From the NCBI GenBank assembly GCA_030390025.1, contig CM059432.1:1364001-1428000 (forward strand): a stretch of DNA of 64,000 nt. Reading direction: 5' to 3'. Below are positions 35,665-48,695 of this stretch, piece after piece. Each line of letters opens with the position of its first letter. Positions within the stretch are counted from its first letter, which is position 1. The translations under genes were made by a program, and so were the position numbers. Under the pieces are notes generated by a model, which saw only the letters and a list, made by a program, of their open reading frames with translations, was not told where the DNA came from and made no database searches. This stretch comes from Squalus acanthias (lineage: Eukaryota).

Positions 35665-38535
35665 CCTACCCCACCCCCATCCCACCCTACCCCACCCCCA
35701 TCCCACCCTACCCCACCCCCATCCCACCCTACCCCACCCCCATCCCACCCCCCCTCCCACCCATCCCACCCCACCCCCATCCCACTCTACCCTACCCCAC
35801 CCCCATCCCACCCTACCCCACCCCCATCCCACCCTACCCCACCCCCATCCCACCCATCCCACTCTACCCATCGCCATCCCACCCCACCCCCATCCCACTC
35901 TACCCTACCCCACCCCCATCCCACCCTACCCCACCCCCATCCCACCCTGCCCCATCCCACCCTACCCCACCCCCATCCCACCCTACCCCATCCCACCCTA
36001 CCCTACCCCACCCTACCCCACCCCACCCCCATCCCACCCTACCCCCATCCCACCCTACCCTACCCCACCCCACCCCCACCCTACCCTACCTCCCACCCAT
36101 CCCACTCTACCCATCGCCATCCCACCCCACCCCTCTACCCTACCCCACCCCCATCCCACCCTACCCCATCCCACCCTACCCTACCCCACCCCCATCCCAC
36201 CCTACCCCACCCCCATCCCACCCTACCCCACCCCCATCCCCATCCCCACCCCCATCCCACCCTACCCCACCCCCATCCCACCCTACCCCACCCCCATCCC
36301 AATCCCACCCTCATCCCACCCCCATCCCACCCTACCCCACCCCCATCCCACCCTACCCCACCCCCATCCCACCCTACCCCACCCCCATCCCACCCTACCC
36401 CACCCCCATCCCACCCTCATCCCACCCTACCCCAACCCACTCTACCCATCGCCATCCCAACCCACTCTACCCCACCCCCATCCCACCCTACCCTACCCAT
36501 CGCCATCCCACCCTACCCCACCCCCATCCCACCGTACCCCAACCCACTCTACCCATCGCCATCCCAACCCACTCTACCCCACCCCCATCCCACCCTACCC
36601 TACCCACCCCATCCCACCCTACCTCACCCCCATCCCACCCTACCCTACCCCCATCCCACCCTACCCTACCCATCGCCATCCCACCCTACCCCACCCCCAT
36701 CCCACCCTACCCCACCCCCATCCCACCCTACCCCATCCCACCCTACCCCACCCCCATCCCACCCCATCCCACCCTGTTCTATCCCACCCCATCCCACCCT
36801 GTTCTATCCCACCCCCATCCCACCCTACCCCACCCCCATCCCACCCTACCCCACCCCCATCCCACCCTACCCCACCCCCACCTACCCCCATCCCACCCTA
36901 CCCTACCCCCATCCCACCCTACCCTACCCCCATCCCCCCTACCCCACCCCCCCCTACCCCACCCCCATCCCACCCTACCCCACCCCACCCCATCCCACCC
37001 ACCCCACCCCACCCCCATCCCACCCCATCACACCCTACCCCACCCCCATCCCACTCTACCCATCGCCATCCCACTCTATTCTACCCTATTCCACCCTACC
37101 CTACTACAATAACTTGGAGGAGGGGACTGAAGGGTGGATCAGTAAATTTGCTGATGACACCAAGATTGGTGGAGCAGTGGATGAGGTGGAGGGCTGTTGT
37201 AGGCTGCAAAGAGACATTGATAGGATGCAGAGCTGGGCCGAAAAATGGCAGATGGAATTTAACCCTGATAAGTGCGAGGTGATTCATTTTGGTAGGGCAA
37301 ATTTGAATAAGGATTACAGGGTCAACGGCAGCGTTCTGAGGAACGTGGAGGTGCAGAGGGATCTGGGGGTTCATATCCACAGATCTCTGAAGGTTGCCAC
37401 TCAAGTGGATAGAGCAGTAAAGAAGGCCGATGGTGTGTTGGCGTTTATTAACAGAGGGTTTGAGTTTAAGAACCGTGAGGTTATGCTGCAACTGAACAGG
37501 ACCTTGGCGAGACCACATTTGGAATATTGTGTGCAGTTCTGGTCACCTCACTATAGGAAGGACGTGGAAGCATTGGAAAGAGTGCAAAGGAGATTTACCA
37601 GGATGCTGCCTGGTTTGGGGGGGGGGGGGGGGAGGTCTTATGAGGAAAGATTGAGGGAGTTGGGGCTTTTCTCTTTAGAGCGGAGGAGGATGAGAGGCGA
37701 CTTAATAGAGGTTTATAAGATGATGAGGGGGATAGATAGAGTGGATGTTCAGAGACTATTTCCTCGGGTAGAGGCAGCTGTTACAAGGGGGCATAACTAT
37801 AAGGTGCATGGGGGGAGATATAGAAGGGATGTCCGAGGTAGATTCTTTACTCAGAGAGTGGTTGGGGTGTGGAATGGACTGCCTGCTGTGATAGTGGAGT
37901 CGGACACTTTAGGAACTTTCAAGCGGTTATTGGATAAGCACATGGAGCACACCAGAGTGATAGGGAGTGTGATAGCTTGATCTTGGTCTCGGACAATGCT
38001 CGGCACAACATCGAGGGCCGAAGGGCCTGTACTGTGCTGTACTGTTCTATGTTTCTACCCCACCCCATCCCACCCTACCCTACCCCCATCCCACTCGACC
38101 CCACCCCACCATCTCACCCTACCCTACCCCACCCCCATCCCACCCTACCCATCGCCATCCCACTCTACCCTACCATACCACCATCCCACTCTACCCCACC
38201 ACCATCCCATCCCACCCCACCCCCATCCCACGCTACCCATCCCCATCTCACTCTACCCCACCCCACCACCATCCCATCCCACCCTACCCCACCACCATCC
38301 CACCCTACCCATCGCCATCTATCACCATCCCACCCTACCCACTGGCATCCCACCCTAACCATCACCATCACCATCCCACCCTACCCCATCCCACTCTACC
38401 CATCGCCATCCCACTCTACCCCACCCTACCCCATCCCATGCTACCCCACCCCACCACCATCCCACCCTACCCATTGCCATCCCATGCTACCCCACGCCAC
38501 CACCATCCCACCCTACCCATCGCCATCCCATCCCC
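35665..38535. repeat. C-rich tandem array (CCCACCCTACCCCACCCCCAT)n, split by a CR1
   Basis: Roughly 21-nt units and variants at 35665-37102 and 38054-38535. Confidence 0.95.
37104..38055 (+). mobile_element. CR1 LINE 3' fragment with an open frame
   Basis: 288-aa ORF 37114-37980 with KFADD and the CR1 C-terminal motifs; tail tgttctatgtttct. Confidence 0.92.
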
Positions 38536-38819
38536 TGTGGCTCTCATCACCAAATCACACCTTGGTCTGTCCCCCTATTCCTTTGGTACCTTCTTCTCTC
38601 GAATACCTCACGTTGTTCCACCCCTCTAAGCTGTTCTAAAATCCTCGTTGGCTACTGTCTCCCCTTGTCCCCAGCAAAAACCTTTACTTTCTTCCATCCC
38701 AGTCATCCACCACCCCCCAGCAGTATGGCCTCCATCTTCACTCCATCAATTCCAAAGGGCGCAGACTTGAGTTGATCTGGTGCACGTTTAGCTGAGCCAT
38801 TCATCAACAGATCTTGCAA

Positions 38820-41305
38820 CATGGGTTGAAAATTGGTTAGGAAGTAGGAAACAGAAAGCAGGGATAATGGGAATGTTCTCTGATTGGCAGGATGTGACAA
38901 GTGATGTTCCCCAGGGATCTGTGCTGGGGCCTTAGCTGATCATCATATATATCAATGAGTTGAGTGATGGAATAGATAGTTGCATATCCAAGTCTGCAGA
39001 TGACACTAAGTTAGGAGGGCTCAGTAAGTAGTGCAGATGGGAGCAGGAAGTTACAAAGGGACACAGACAGATTAAGCGAGTGGGCAAAACTGTGGCAAAT
39101 AGAGCTCAATGTGGAGAAATGTCGAGTTAATCAACTTTGGATCCATAGAAACATAGAAGAAGAAACATAGAAGATAGGAGCAGGAGTAGGCCATTCGGCT
39201 CCTCGAGCCTGCTCTGCCATTCGATGAGATCATGGCTGATCATCCAAACTCAGTACCCTGTACCTGCCTTCTCCCCATATCCCTTGATACCTTTTTCTTT
39301 AAGAAATATATCTAACTCATTCTTCAATATATTTAATGACTTGGCCTCAACTAGCTTCTGTGGTAGAGAATTCCACAGGGTCACCTCTCTCTGGGTGAAG
39401 AAATTCTTCCTCATTTCTGTCCTAAATGGCTTACCCCTTATCCTTAGATTATGACCCCTGGTTCTGGACTCTCCGACCATCGGGAACATTCTTCCTGCAT
39501 CTAGTTTGTCCAGACCTGTCAGAATTTTGAGGATGTCAGCAGGTGACTGTACAGGGCAGGAAGAGAAACCATTTCTGAAGATGCACTGGCTGTGTTCAGA
39601 CAAAGAGGAGTGTAACCAGGCAAGGCCAGCCCCATGAAGCTACACAGCAGGCCATTGGAATAGGGGACGCATTGGTTGTCATCTTCCAAAATTCTATAAA
39701 TTCTGGAACGGTTCCTGCAGATTGGAGGATAGCAAATGTAACCCCGCTATTTAAGAAAGGAGGGAGAGAGAAAATGGGGAACTACAGACCTGTTAGCCTC
39801 ACCTAAGTAGTTGGGAAAATGCTGGAATCTATTATAAAGGATGCAATAACTGGGCACTCAGAAACTAAAAGTAAGATTGGGCAGAGTCAACATGGATTTA
39901 TGAAAGGGAAATCCTGTTTGACAAACCTATTGGAGTTCTTTGAGGATGTAACACCTGGAGTACTGTGTACAATTTTGGTCTCCTTACCCAAGGAAGGATA
40001 TACTTGCCATAGAGGGAGTGCAACGAAGGTTCACGAGATTGATTCTTGGGATGGCGAGACTGTCGTATGAGAAGAGATTGAGTAAACTAGGCCTGTATTC
40101 TCTTGAATTCAGAAGAATGAGAGGGGATCTCATTGAAGCATACAAAATTATTACAGGGCTTGATAGGATGGATGCTGGGAGAATGTTTCCCTTGGCTGGG
40201 GAGTCTAGAACCAGGGGCCACAGCCTCAGGATAAAGGGTAGGCCATTCAGGACTGAGATGAGAAGAAATTTCTTCACACAGAGGGTGGCGAATCTTTGGA
40301 ATTCTCTACCCCAGAGGGCTGTGGAGGCTCAGTCATTGGGTATATTCAAAACAGAAGTTGATAGATTTCTGACTAGTAAGGGCATCAAGGGATATGGCGA
40401 TAGGGCCGGTGAATGTAGTTGAGGCAGAAGATCAGCCATGATCTCATTGAATTAGGGCCGAATGGCCTACTCCTGCTCCTATTTCTTATGTTCTTATAAG
40501 CTCAAAAGCATTTTCCCTGAAAGTACTTTCTCCGATATGGCTTGTACTGGGAACGCGCCAGAAAAATCAAACTGACAAATTTTGAAAATAATGAAGATAA
40601 ATTAAAAAAAAAATTGAAATGCCATATAAAAATAATTTGAAAGCTAGTAACCAATTTTCTTTTATAAAAATAACTTTTTTTGAACAAAAAATAAAAATCA
40701 GAAACGGTCAAAATGTTAAAATATTAAAGTCAAAATAAGAAAAACAATAATATTGAAAGATTTAGAAGATAGGAGCAGGAGTAGGCCATTCGGCCCCTCG
40801 AGCCTGCTCCGCCATTCGATGAGATCATGGCTGATCATCCAAACTCAGTACCCTGTACCTGCCTTCTCCCCATATCCCTTGATACCTTTAGCTTTAAGAA
40901 ATATATCTAACTCATTCTTCAATATATTTAATGACTTGGCCTCAACTACCTTCTGTGGTAGAGAATTCCACAGGTTCACCACTCTCTGGGTGAAGAAATT
41001 CTTCCTCATTTCTGTCCTAAATGGCTTACCCCTTATCCTTAGATTATGACCCCTGGTTCTGGACTCTCCGACCATCGGGAACATTCTTCCTGCATCTAGT
41101 TTGTCCAGACCTGTCAGAATTTTATATGTTTCGATGAGATCCCCTCTCATTCTTCTATAGGAAGAGGACTCGAATACAAAGGAAAGGAAGCGATGCTTCA
41201 GTTGTATAGAGCCTGGTCAGATCCCATCTGCGTTCAGTTCTGGGCACCGCACCTCAGGAAGGATATATTAGTCTTGGAGTGGGCACAGCACAGATTCACA
41301 AAGGG
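38820..41305. mobile_element. Cluster of CR1 fragments: + 38820-39143, - 39144-39528, + 39660-40500, - 40763-41157, + 41160-41305
   Basis: RT and C-terminal motifs in ORFs 39250-39603, 39819-40422 and 40845-41150. Confidence 0.85.
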
Positions 41306-43639
41306 GCTAAGGTTAGATTTTTTGAGGATGTCAGCAGGTGACTGTACAGGGCAGGAAGAGAAACCATTTCTGAAGATGCACTGGCTGTGTTCAGACAAAG
41401 AGGAGTGTAACCAAGCAAGGCCAGCCCCATGAAGCTACACAGCAGACACGATTAACCACATCAAACACACTGGAGAGGTTGAGGAAGACAAGGAGGGAAA
41501 ACACAGTACAGAGGACATCATTCATGGCTTTGGCCAAGGTAGTCTCAGCATTGGGAGCAGGTCGGAAGCTGGACTGAAGTGATTCAAAGGTAATTTTGTG
41601 AGTGATGGGCATGGGGCTGGGAGTGATGACACCTAAGACCACCTTAAAGAAAGAGAGATTATTGATGGAGCAATAGTTGGAGAGGACAGACGCGGTGAAA
41701 GTGGGCTTTTGGGGAGCCTGATGAAAACAGTTTTGACTAAAGGAAGGAGGACAGTCCCTGAGCAAAGGGAGCCATTAACAGTGTGGGTAAGCAAGGGGGC
41801 CAAGAATGGGTAACGAGTTGTCAGAATTTGAACAAGGAGGGGATTAACTGAGCAGGACACAAGTCCAATGGGGGAGATGACCTTGGGATGGAGATGGAAG
41901 AGAAACCGCATTGTGATGGGGAGAAGACGGAGATTGGGTGGGAGAAGACGGAGATTGGGTGGGAGAGGATGGACAGTTCCACTGATGTGCTCAGTCTTGC
42001 AGATAAAGAAACCCATAAACCCTTCGCATTTTACTGAGAGCGAGGGTGGAGGCGGTTTATGTTGGGGAAAATTGAGCCGTTGGCAGTTCTTGCCTTCCAG
42101 GATGGCCCAGGGATAGGAAGAGGATTTGACTGAGGAGAGTGGGGCACAGTAATTCTCCACGTGGTTTAGCGAAATCTGCTATAAATAACCAGGCCAGTTT
42201 AAAAAAAAAAAATTCCTTCATGGGATCTGGGCGTCGCTTGCAAGGCCAGCATTTATTGCCCATCCCTAATTGCCCTCGAAAAGGTGGTGGTGAGCCCCCT
42301 TCTTGAATACAGCTGAGTGACTTGCTCAGCCATTTCAGATGGCAGTTAAGAGTCAACCACATTGCTGTGGGTCTGGAGTCACATATCGGCCAGACCGGGT
42401 AAGGGCGGCAGATTTCCTTCCCTAAAAGGACATTAGTGAACCAGATGGGTTTTTACTACAATCCGGTAGTTTCATGGTCACCATCACTGATACTAGTTTT
42501 TTATTCCAGATTTATTTAATTAACTGAATTTAAATTCCCCAGCTGCCGTGGTGGGATTTGAACTCACGTCTCTGGATCATTAGTGCAGGCCTCTGGATTA
42601 CTAGTCCAGTAAACATAACCACGGTGCTACCGACTGCAAACTGTTGTGCAACAGTCTGCAGTCCTTTGACTTAAAGATGCAAATATGGGAACTGCACTGG
42701 GGGAAATCAAACCGGCAGGGAGAATACTATGGCTGGTCCTGACAGACATGAGCCAAGAAGCTCATAGGATTACACAGGATATATACTCACAGAAACAGGC
42801 CATTCGGCCCAATCAGTCCATGCCGGTGTTTATGCTCCACTCGAGCCTCCTCCCGTCTTTCCTCATCTAACTCTATCAGCATAACCCTCTATTCCCTTCT
42901 CCCTCATATGCTTGTCTAGCCTCCACTTAAATGCCTCTATACTATTCGCTTCAACTACCCCCTGTGGTAGCGAGTTCCCCATTCTCATCGCTCAGGAAAA
43001 CTTAACAATTCAATATCATGTTTGGAAGAAATGCAGCAAAGACACTTAAATATCCATTGATGACAGTAAAGGCATAGTCGCATCTAGATGGTGCTCAAAA
43101 CCTTCAGCCCAGTTCAAGGTGGACATCATTAGGCATGGCCGATGACCTTTGCATTGATTGGTACAGTGCAGTGATTGACGCACTAGGTGTTAACTGGTGC
43201 AATGGCGGTGCCTTGTGCATCTGAATGGTGTCTTAAAAAAAACTGCACAATTATTATTGCGCTGTCCAGTGCCTGCCAACATCAAGTCTTGGATGAGCCA
43301 GAACTTTTTCCAGCTCAGCATTAACTAGACCAAAGCCACCCTGTTCAGCTCCCACCAGAAACTTTTCTCCGTCGTCCTCGATTCCACCCCACTCCTCAAT
43401 TGCTCGCTTAGGCCAAACCGTATGGACTGCATCCCCAACAGCCTGTTTGACGCGCTGCTGTGCTTCAAGCCCAACATCTACGCCATTACGTAAGACTGTC
43501 TAATTTGATCTCCTTCCCTATCTCAAACACACCACTGGCGAAACCTTCATCCATGCCTTTTGCTATCACCAGGTTTGACTTCTTGAACGCTCTCTTCTCT
43601 GGCCTCCCCAGCTCCATCATAAACAAACACACAAACAAA

Positions 43640-44880
43640 CTAATCTAATTGAATTTTTTGATGAAGTAACAGGGAGGATTGATGAAGGGAATGCAATGGA
43701 TGTTGTCTGCATGGATTTTAGGAAGGCGTTTGACAAAGTACCACATAGAAGGCTGGTTAACAAAATTGAGGCTCATGGAATAGGTGGGTCAGTGGCAGCT
43801 TGGATAAGGAATTGGCTTAAGGACAGAAAACAGCGAGTTGTGGTAAATGGCTGTTTTTCAGACTGGAGGATGGTAGTCAGTGGTGTTCCCCAAGGGTCAG
43901 TGCTGGGGCCACTTTTTTTTTTATATAACTGACCTGGATATTGGAATACAGAGTAGATTTTCTAAATTTGCCGATGACATCAAACTTGGGGGTGTGGCAA
44001 ACAGTGAGGATGATACCAATCAACTGCAACAGGACCTAGAAAGGCTAGCAGAATGGGCAGACAAGTGGCAGATGAAATTTAATACAGAGAACTGTGAGGT
44101 GATGCATTTTGGCAGTAGGAACAGGGAGAGGCAATATACACTTAATGGCACAGTTTTAAAGAGTGTGCAGGGACAGAGGGACCTGGGAGTTAATGTGCAT
44201 AGGTCTCTGAAGGTGGCAGGACATATTGAGAGAGTTAGCAAAGCATATGGGATCTTGGGCTTCATAAATAGAGGTATTGAGTACAAAAGTAGAGAAGTTA
44301 TGCTGAACCTTTATAAAGCGCTGGTTAGGCCACAACTGGAGTATTGCGTCCAGTTCTGGTCACCACACTTTAGGAAGGATGTGAAGGCACTTGAGAGGGT
44401 GCAGAGGAGATTTAGCAGAATGGTTCCGGGGATGGGGGATCTTAGCTACAAGGACAGGTTGGAGAAGCTGGTTTTCATTAGAGCAAAGGAGGTTGCGGGG
44501 TGATTTGATAGAGGTGTACAAGATTATGACGGGTTTGGATAGGCTAGATGGGGAAAGGCTGTTCCCACTTGTTAATGGTACAAGGACTAGGGGACACAGA
44601 TTTAAGGTTTTGGGCAAGAGATACAGGGGGGACGCGAGGGGAAACCTTTTTACGCAGCGAGTGGTGAGGACCTGGAACTCGCTGCCGACGGAAGTGGTGG
44701 AAGCGGAGACACTCAATGTTTTCAAGGGGAGACTGGATAGGCACTTGAGGGAAATAAACTTGCCGGGCTATGGGGATAGAGCGGGGGAATGGGACTGACT
44801 GGATTGCTCTACAGAGCGCCGGCACGGACTCGATGGGCCGAATGGCCTCCTTCTGTGCCGTTATGACTATGACTCTATGA
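43640..44880 (+). mobile_element. CR1 RT and 3' end, frameshifted
   Basis: DFRKAFDKV, GVPQGSVLGP and KFADD spread over three ORFs; tail atgactatgactctatga. Confidence 0.9.
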
Positions 44881-45239
44881 TCAGCATCTGCATCGTGTCC
44901 TATAGCAAGTCACTCGCCAATCATCCCTGTGTTCGCTAACTTCCATTTGTTTCCCATCTCCAGCATACTGATTTCAAAATCCTCATTCTCAATTACAAAT
45001 CCCTCCATGATCTTTCATCACCTACACCCTCCTTCAGCCATATCTATCCCAGCTCAGACCCTTCTCTCCTCTAAATCTGCTCTGCGTGCATTCGTACTGG
45101 TCTATTTTAGTTCCCATTTCTTCTGTAACTCAACTTGCATAATTACGTTAAAAGCATTACAACTGCAGCTAAAGTGATAATAAAAGCTAGCCGTACAAAA
45201 CTACCTCATTTTTAGTGTTATGAAATCAGCAGCGTTATA

Positions 45240-45810
45240 GGAACATAGGCCATTCAGCCCCTCCAGCCTCTTCCACCATACAATGAGATCATGGCTGACC
45301 TGCGACCTAGCTCCATATACCCGCCTTTGGCCCATATTCCTTCATACCTTTGGTTAACAAAAATCTCAGTCTCGGATTTAAAATTAACAATTGACCCAGC
45401 ATCAATTGCCGTTTGCGGAAGAGAGTTCCAAACTTCTACCACCCTTTGTGTGTAGAAGGGTTTCTTAACTTCACTCCTGAAAGGTCTGGCTCTAATTTTA
45501 AGACTATACCCCCTAGTCCTAGAATCCCCAACCAGCGGAAATAGTTTCTCTCTATCTACCCTATCTGTTCCCCTTAATATCTTGAAAACTTCGATCAGAT
45601 CACCCCTTAACCTTCTAAATTCCAGGGAATACAACCCTAGTTTGTGTAATCTCTCCTTGTAATTTGACCCTTGAAGTCCGGGTATCATTCTGGTAAACCT
45701 GCGCTGCACTCCCTCCAAGGCCAATATATCCTTCCTGCGGTGTGGTGCCCAGAACTGCTCACAGTGCTCCAGGTGTGGTCTAACCAGGGCTTTGCATAGC
45801 TGTAGCTATA
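45240..45810 (-). mobile_element. CR1 3' fragment
   Basis: ORF 45254-45724. Confidence 0.85.
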
Positions 45811-45935
45811 AAGCACTTTTGGCATTGGCATGATGTTTCAGATGAAGTGGCACCAGTGTCAAGTGTAAAGTATAAATGCAGCATTACGGGCAAAGGATTA
45901 CGTTTAAACACAACTAGCGGAACGACTAAGCTTAC

Positions 45936-46025
45936 CTTTTGTCCTGAATATAGCCTTCAACTTTGTGTAATTCTTTACCAAAAAGGCCACATGGCTTAAA
46001 GTTCAGAATGCATTTCTCCCCAGTT
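45936..46025 (-). CDS. OSBPL1A: OSBPL1A coding exon: TGEKCILNFKPCGLFGKELHKVEGYIQDK(S)
   Basis: Translation matches ORP1; ccacag| and |gtaagc; 90 nt. Confidence 0.96.
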
Positions 46026-46103
46026 CTGTGGACAGATGAGCTTAATTAGTACCTGTTCAAATTTTCAAAATGAAGATTATTTAGAATGTCGTATACCCCT
46101 TAC

Positions 46104-46211
46104 TTGTGATTAGTTATTTCAACATTTCCATACTGCTCGATCCAAAGCTGGCCAACTATAATGTTATGTACACAGCAAGTTGGATTTGTCCAAGTGTAAG
46201 CTTCATTGTAC
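46104..46211 (-). CDS. OSBPL1A: OSBPL1A coding exon: YNEAYTWTNPTCCVHNIIVGQLWIEQYGNVEITNH(K)
   Basis: Translation matches ORP1; ttgcag| and |gtaagg; 108 nt. Confidence 0.96.
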
Positions 46212-46602
46212 CTGCAAGAAAAATAAAATATTCATCTAAGGTGCTGTAAAATACACATCAGGTTCATCAGCATCTGAAAAGACAGGCGGTTTTGGGTAGT
46301 TGCTAACCTGGCTTTTTCCAAATTACCAGCCTTTCCTCTTATTTCTAAATACTCTGACCTTTCATACGTATGCCGATTCAGCTTTTTATTTAAAAAAAAA
46401 CCCAAAATGTCTTTGTTTGTGTTCATTAAGGTGAGCGAGGTTACTGCTGAGAAATGGAACATTTTGACACCCAGAATCAGCATTGCCAGATTAGGCATAT
46501 CATGGCCAAATGTAGATTAAAAGCCTCCTGCTAATGCACCACAGCTCAGCCTCTGAGCTGAACTGCATCACATTTTCCTTGATTCTGGCTTATTTGAGTG
46601 AG

Positions 46603-47090
46603 CATAAGAACATAATTAGGAGCAGGAGTAGGTCGTACGGTCCCTCGAGCCTGCTCCGCCATTCAATAAGATCATGGCTGATCTTTGACCTCAACTCCAC
46701 TTTCCCGCCCGATCCCCATATCCCTTGATTCCCCTAGAATCCAAAAATCTATTTATCTCAGCCTTGAATATACTCAACGACTCAGCATCCACAGCCCTCT
46801 GGGGCAGAGAATTCCAAAGATTCATAACCCTCTGAGTGAAGAAATTCCTCCTCATCTCAGTCTTAAATGGCCGACCCCTTATCCTGAGACTGTGGCCCCT
46901 AGTTCTAGACTCTCCAGCCAGGGGGAAACAACCTCTCAGCATCTACCCTGTCAATCCCCCTCAGAATCTTGTATGTTTCAATGAGATCACCTCTCATTCT
47001 TCTAAACTCCAGAGAGTATAGGCCCATTCTACACAATCTCTCCTCATAGGACAGCCCTCTCATCCCAGGAATCAATCTGGTGAAACTTCG
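46603..47090 (-). mobile_element. CR1 3' fragment
   Basis: ORF 46691-46942 plus 3' UTR. Confidence 0.85.
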
Positions 47091-48339
47091 TTGGAGAGTG
47101 AAATACCCAACTTACTCCATCAAATTACTGGCAATTTTGCATGCAGACTGGAAAAGGGAGCAAGATGGCCTGAATTTATTTCACTTCGAGTCCTTTCAGC
47201 CATCAGAGGGGAAAACCCCCTGCCAATTAACATGAACCGAATTCCATCGCAAACCTTGCAGCCAAGCGAACGCAGGGTGCTGATCCAATGCACAATCTGG
47301 CACTTTTATACTATAGTATTTTTTCCCACATAGTTTGAAAAGCTTTTAAAATAAAACCAATTAACAAATGATCTTGTTTTCGGTGATATGAGGAACCACA
47401 TGGTTATTCCCCAAATGCAGATCATTCACAGACCTACTAGGGCATAGTTCTGTGGGCAAAACCCAGGGAGATCAACAAGTTAAAAAGCGTTTTGTGTCTG
47501 TTTAACTGAATATAGTGTTCCTCTTGGCTTTCCGATAAGTGCGTGTTAAAGGCGCAGGTTTATCCGACACATACTTAACAAGGACTAACCAGATCCCAAA
47601 ATAAAACAGCCATGAAGATCGGATTACCAGACTCGCCACCTTTGGTGCCAAGCCCTCCCAACTCCCTCCCAACCCAACTCTCCAGTTGTGCTTCTTGCCC
47701 TCTCGGCCAACACTGCAGCAGGTCCCCTCACCAACCAAGATGGGAGTGAGATCAAGGCGTCGACATAATCCCTGGGCTCAGGCGATTGCTCAGACTCATC
47801 TGAACCCTTGAATGAGATTCGCAGTCTTTTAATAACCCTCGGGAAATGATTACTTTTCACTTTTACAACCTGGTATGGACATGCTGCGCTACAAAATCAT
47901 CACTGCTTAGAAGCTGATTTGCACCCGGCAGACCAGTTTATGTTAGCTTAATTTCAGCATTCTTCGCAACTTTCTCTTAAAACTATTACATTTTCTTGGT
48001 CACTCTTTACAAATAATACAACCAAAATAATCAAATCTGTCTGGAGAACAATTTTTGACTTCAGTGGTTCCCATAGCAGCAAATGAATCATAGAAATTTA
48101 CGGCACAGAAGGAGGCCATTCAGACCATCGTGTCCGTGCAATGTATTTAATTGAAAGCAGGTTGTTGCCCAAGAGTTTCTGAAGCGAATTCTGCACTTAG
48201 GAACAGGAGGAGGCCATTCAGTCACTCGAGCCGGTTCCACCATTCATTTAGATCACGGCTGATCTGTGGCTCAACTCCGTCGACCCGCCTTGGGTCCGTA
48301 ACCCTCAATACCCTTACCCAACAAAAATCTAACACTTAC

Positions 48340-48522
48340 TTGAAAAGTTCCAGTGTTATAATTCCTTTTGGCTCTGCTTCCACACTCTTCCCCCAAAATT
48401 TGAGTTTGGGATATATGGATCCATGGAAAACAAAGTTTTGAACGAGTCCTTCAGCATGGAATGCACTGATTGGAGGATGGTGGCTAACTTGCTCAGATAT
48501 AAGCTTGAATCCGAGATCCTGC
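48340..48522 (-). CDS. OSBPL1A: OSBPL1A coding exon with the EQVSHHPP fingerprint: QDLGFKLISEQVSHHPPISAFHAEG...PKGIITLELF(K)
   Basis: OSBP-family signature EQVSHHPP; tcacag| and |gtaagt; 183 nt. Confidence 0.97.
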
Positions 48523-48695
48523 CTGTGAATAAACAGGTTGTTCACTACCATAATCTGATAATCAATGAAAGGTACAAGCAGAACTACCTCAGAACGCACC
48601 AGTAACCTTAATGTGTATTGGAATTTAGTATTGCACCGCCCAATTTTAGTCTTAATGCTCACATCTGCTGTGGACTATACAGTTCATTGAGCCGT

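Noticed and set aside
35563..38639. Long Pro/His-rich and Gly/Trp-rich ORFs (for example 548 aa at 35636-37282)
   Set aside because: They are translations of the C-rich tandem repeat, which lacks stop codons; there is no gene structure.
41919..41965. 21-bp tandem duplication GGGAGAAGACGGAGATTGGGT
   Set aside because: Ordinary slippage duplication inside a decayed L2-like fragment.
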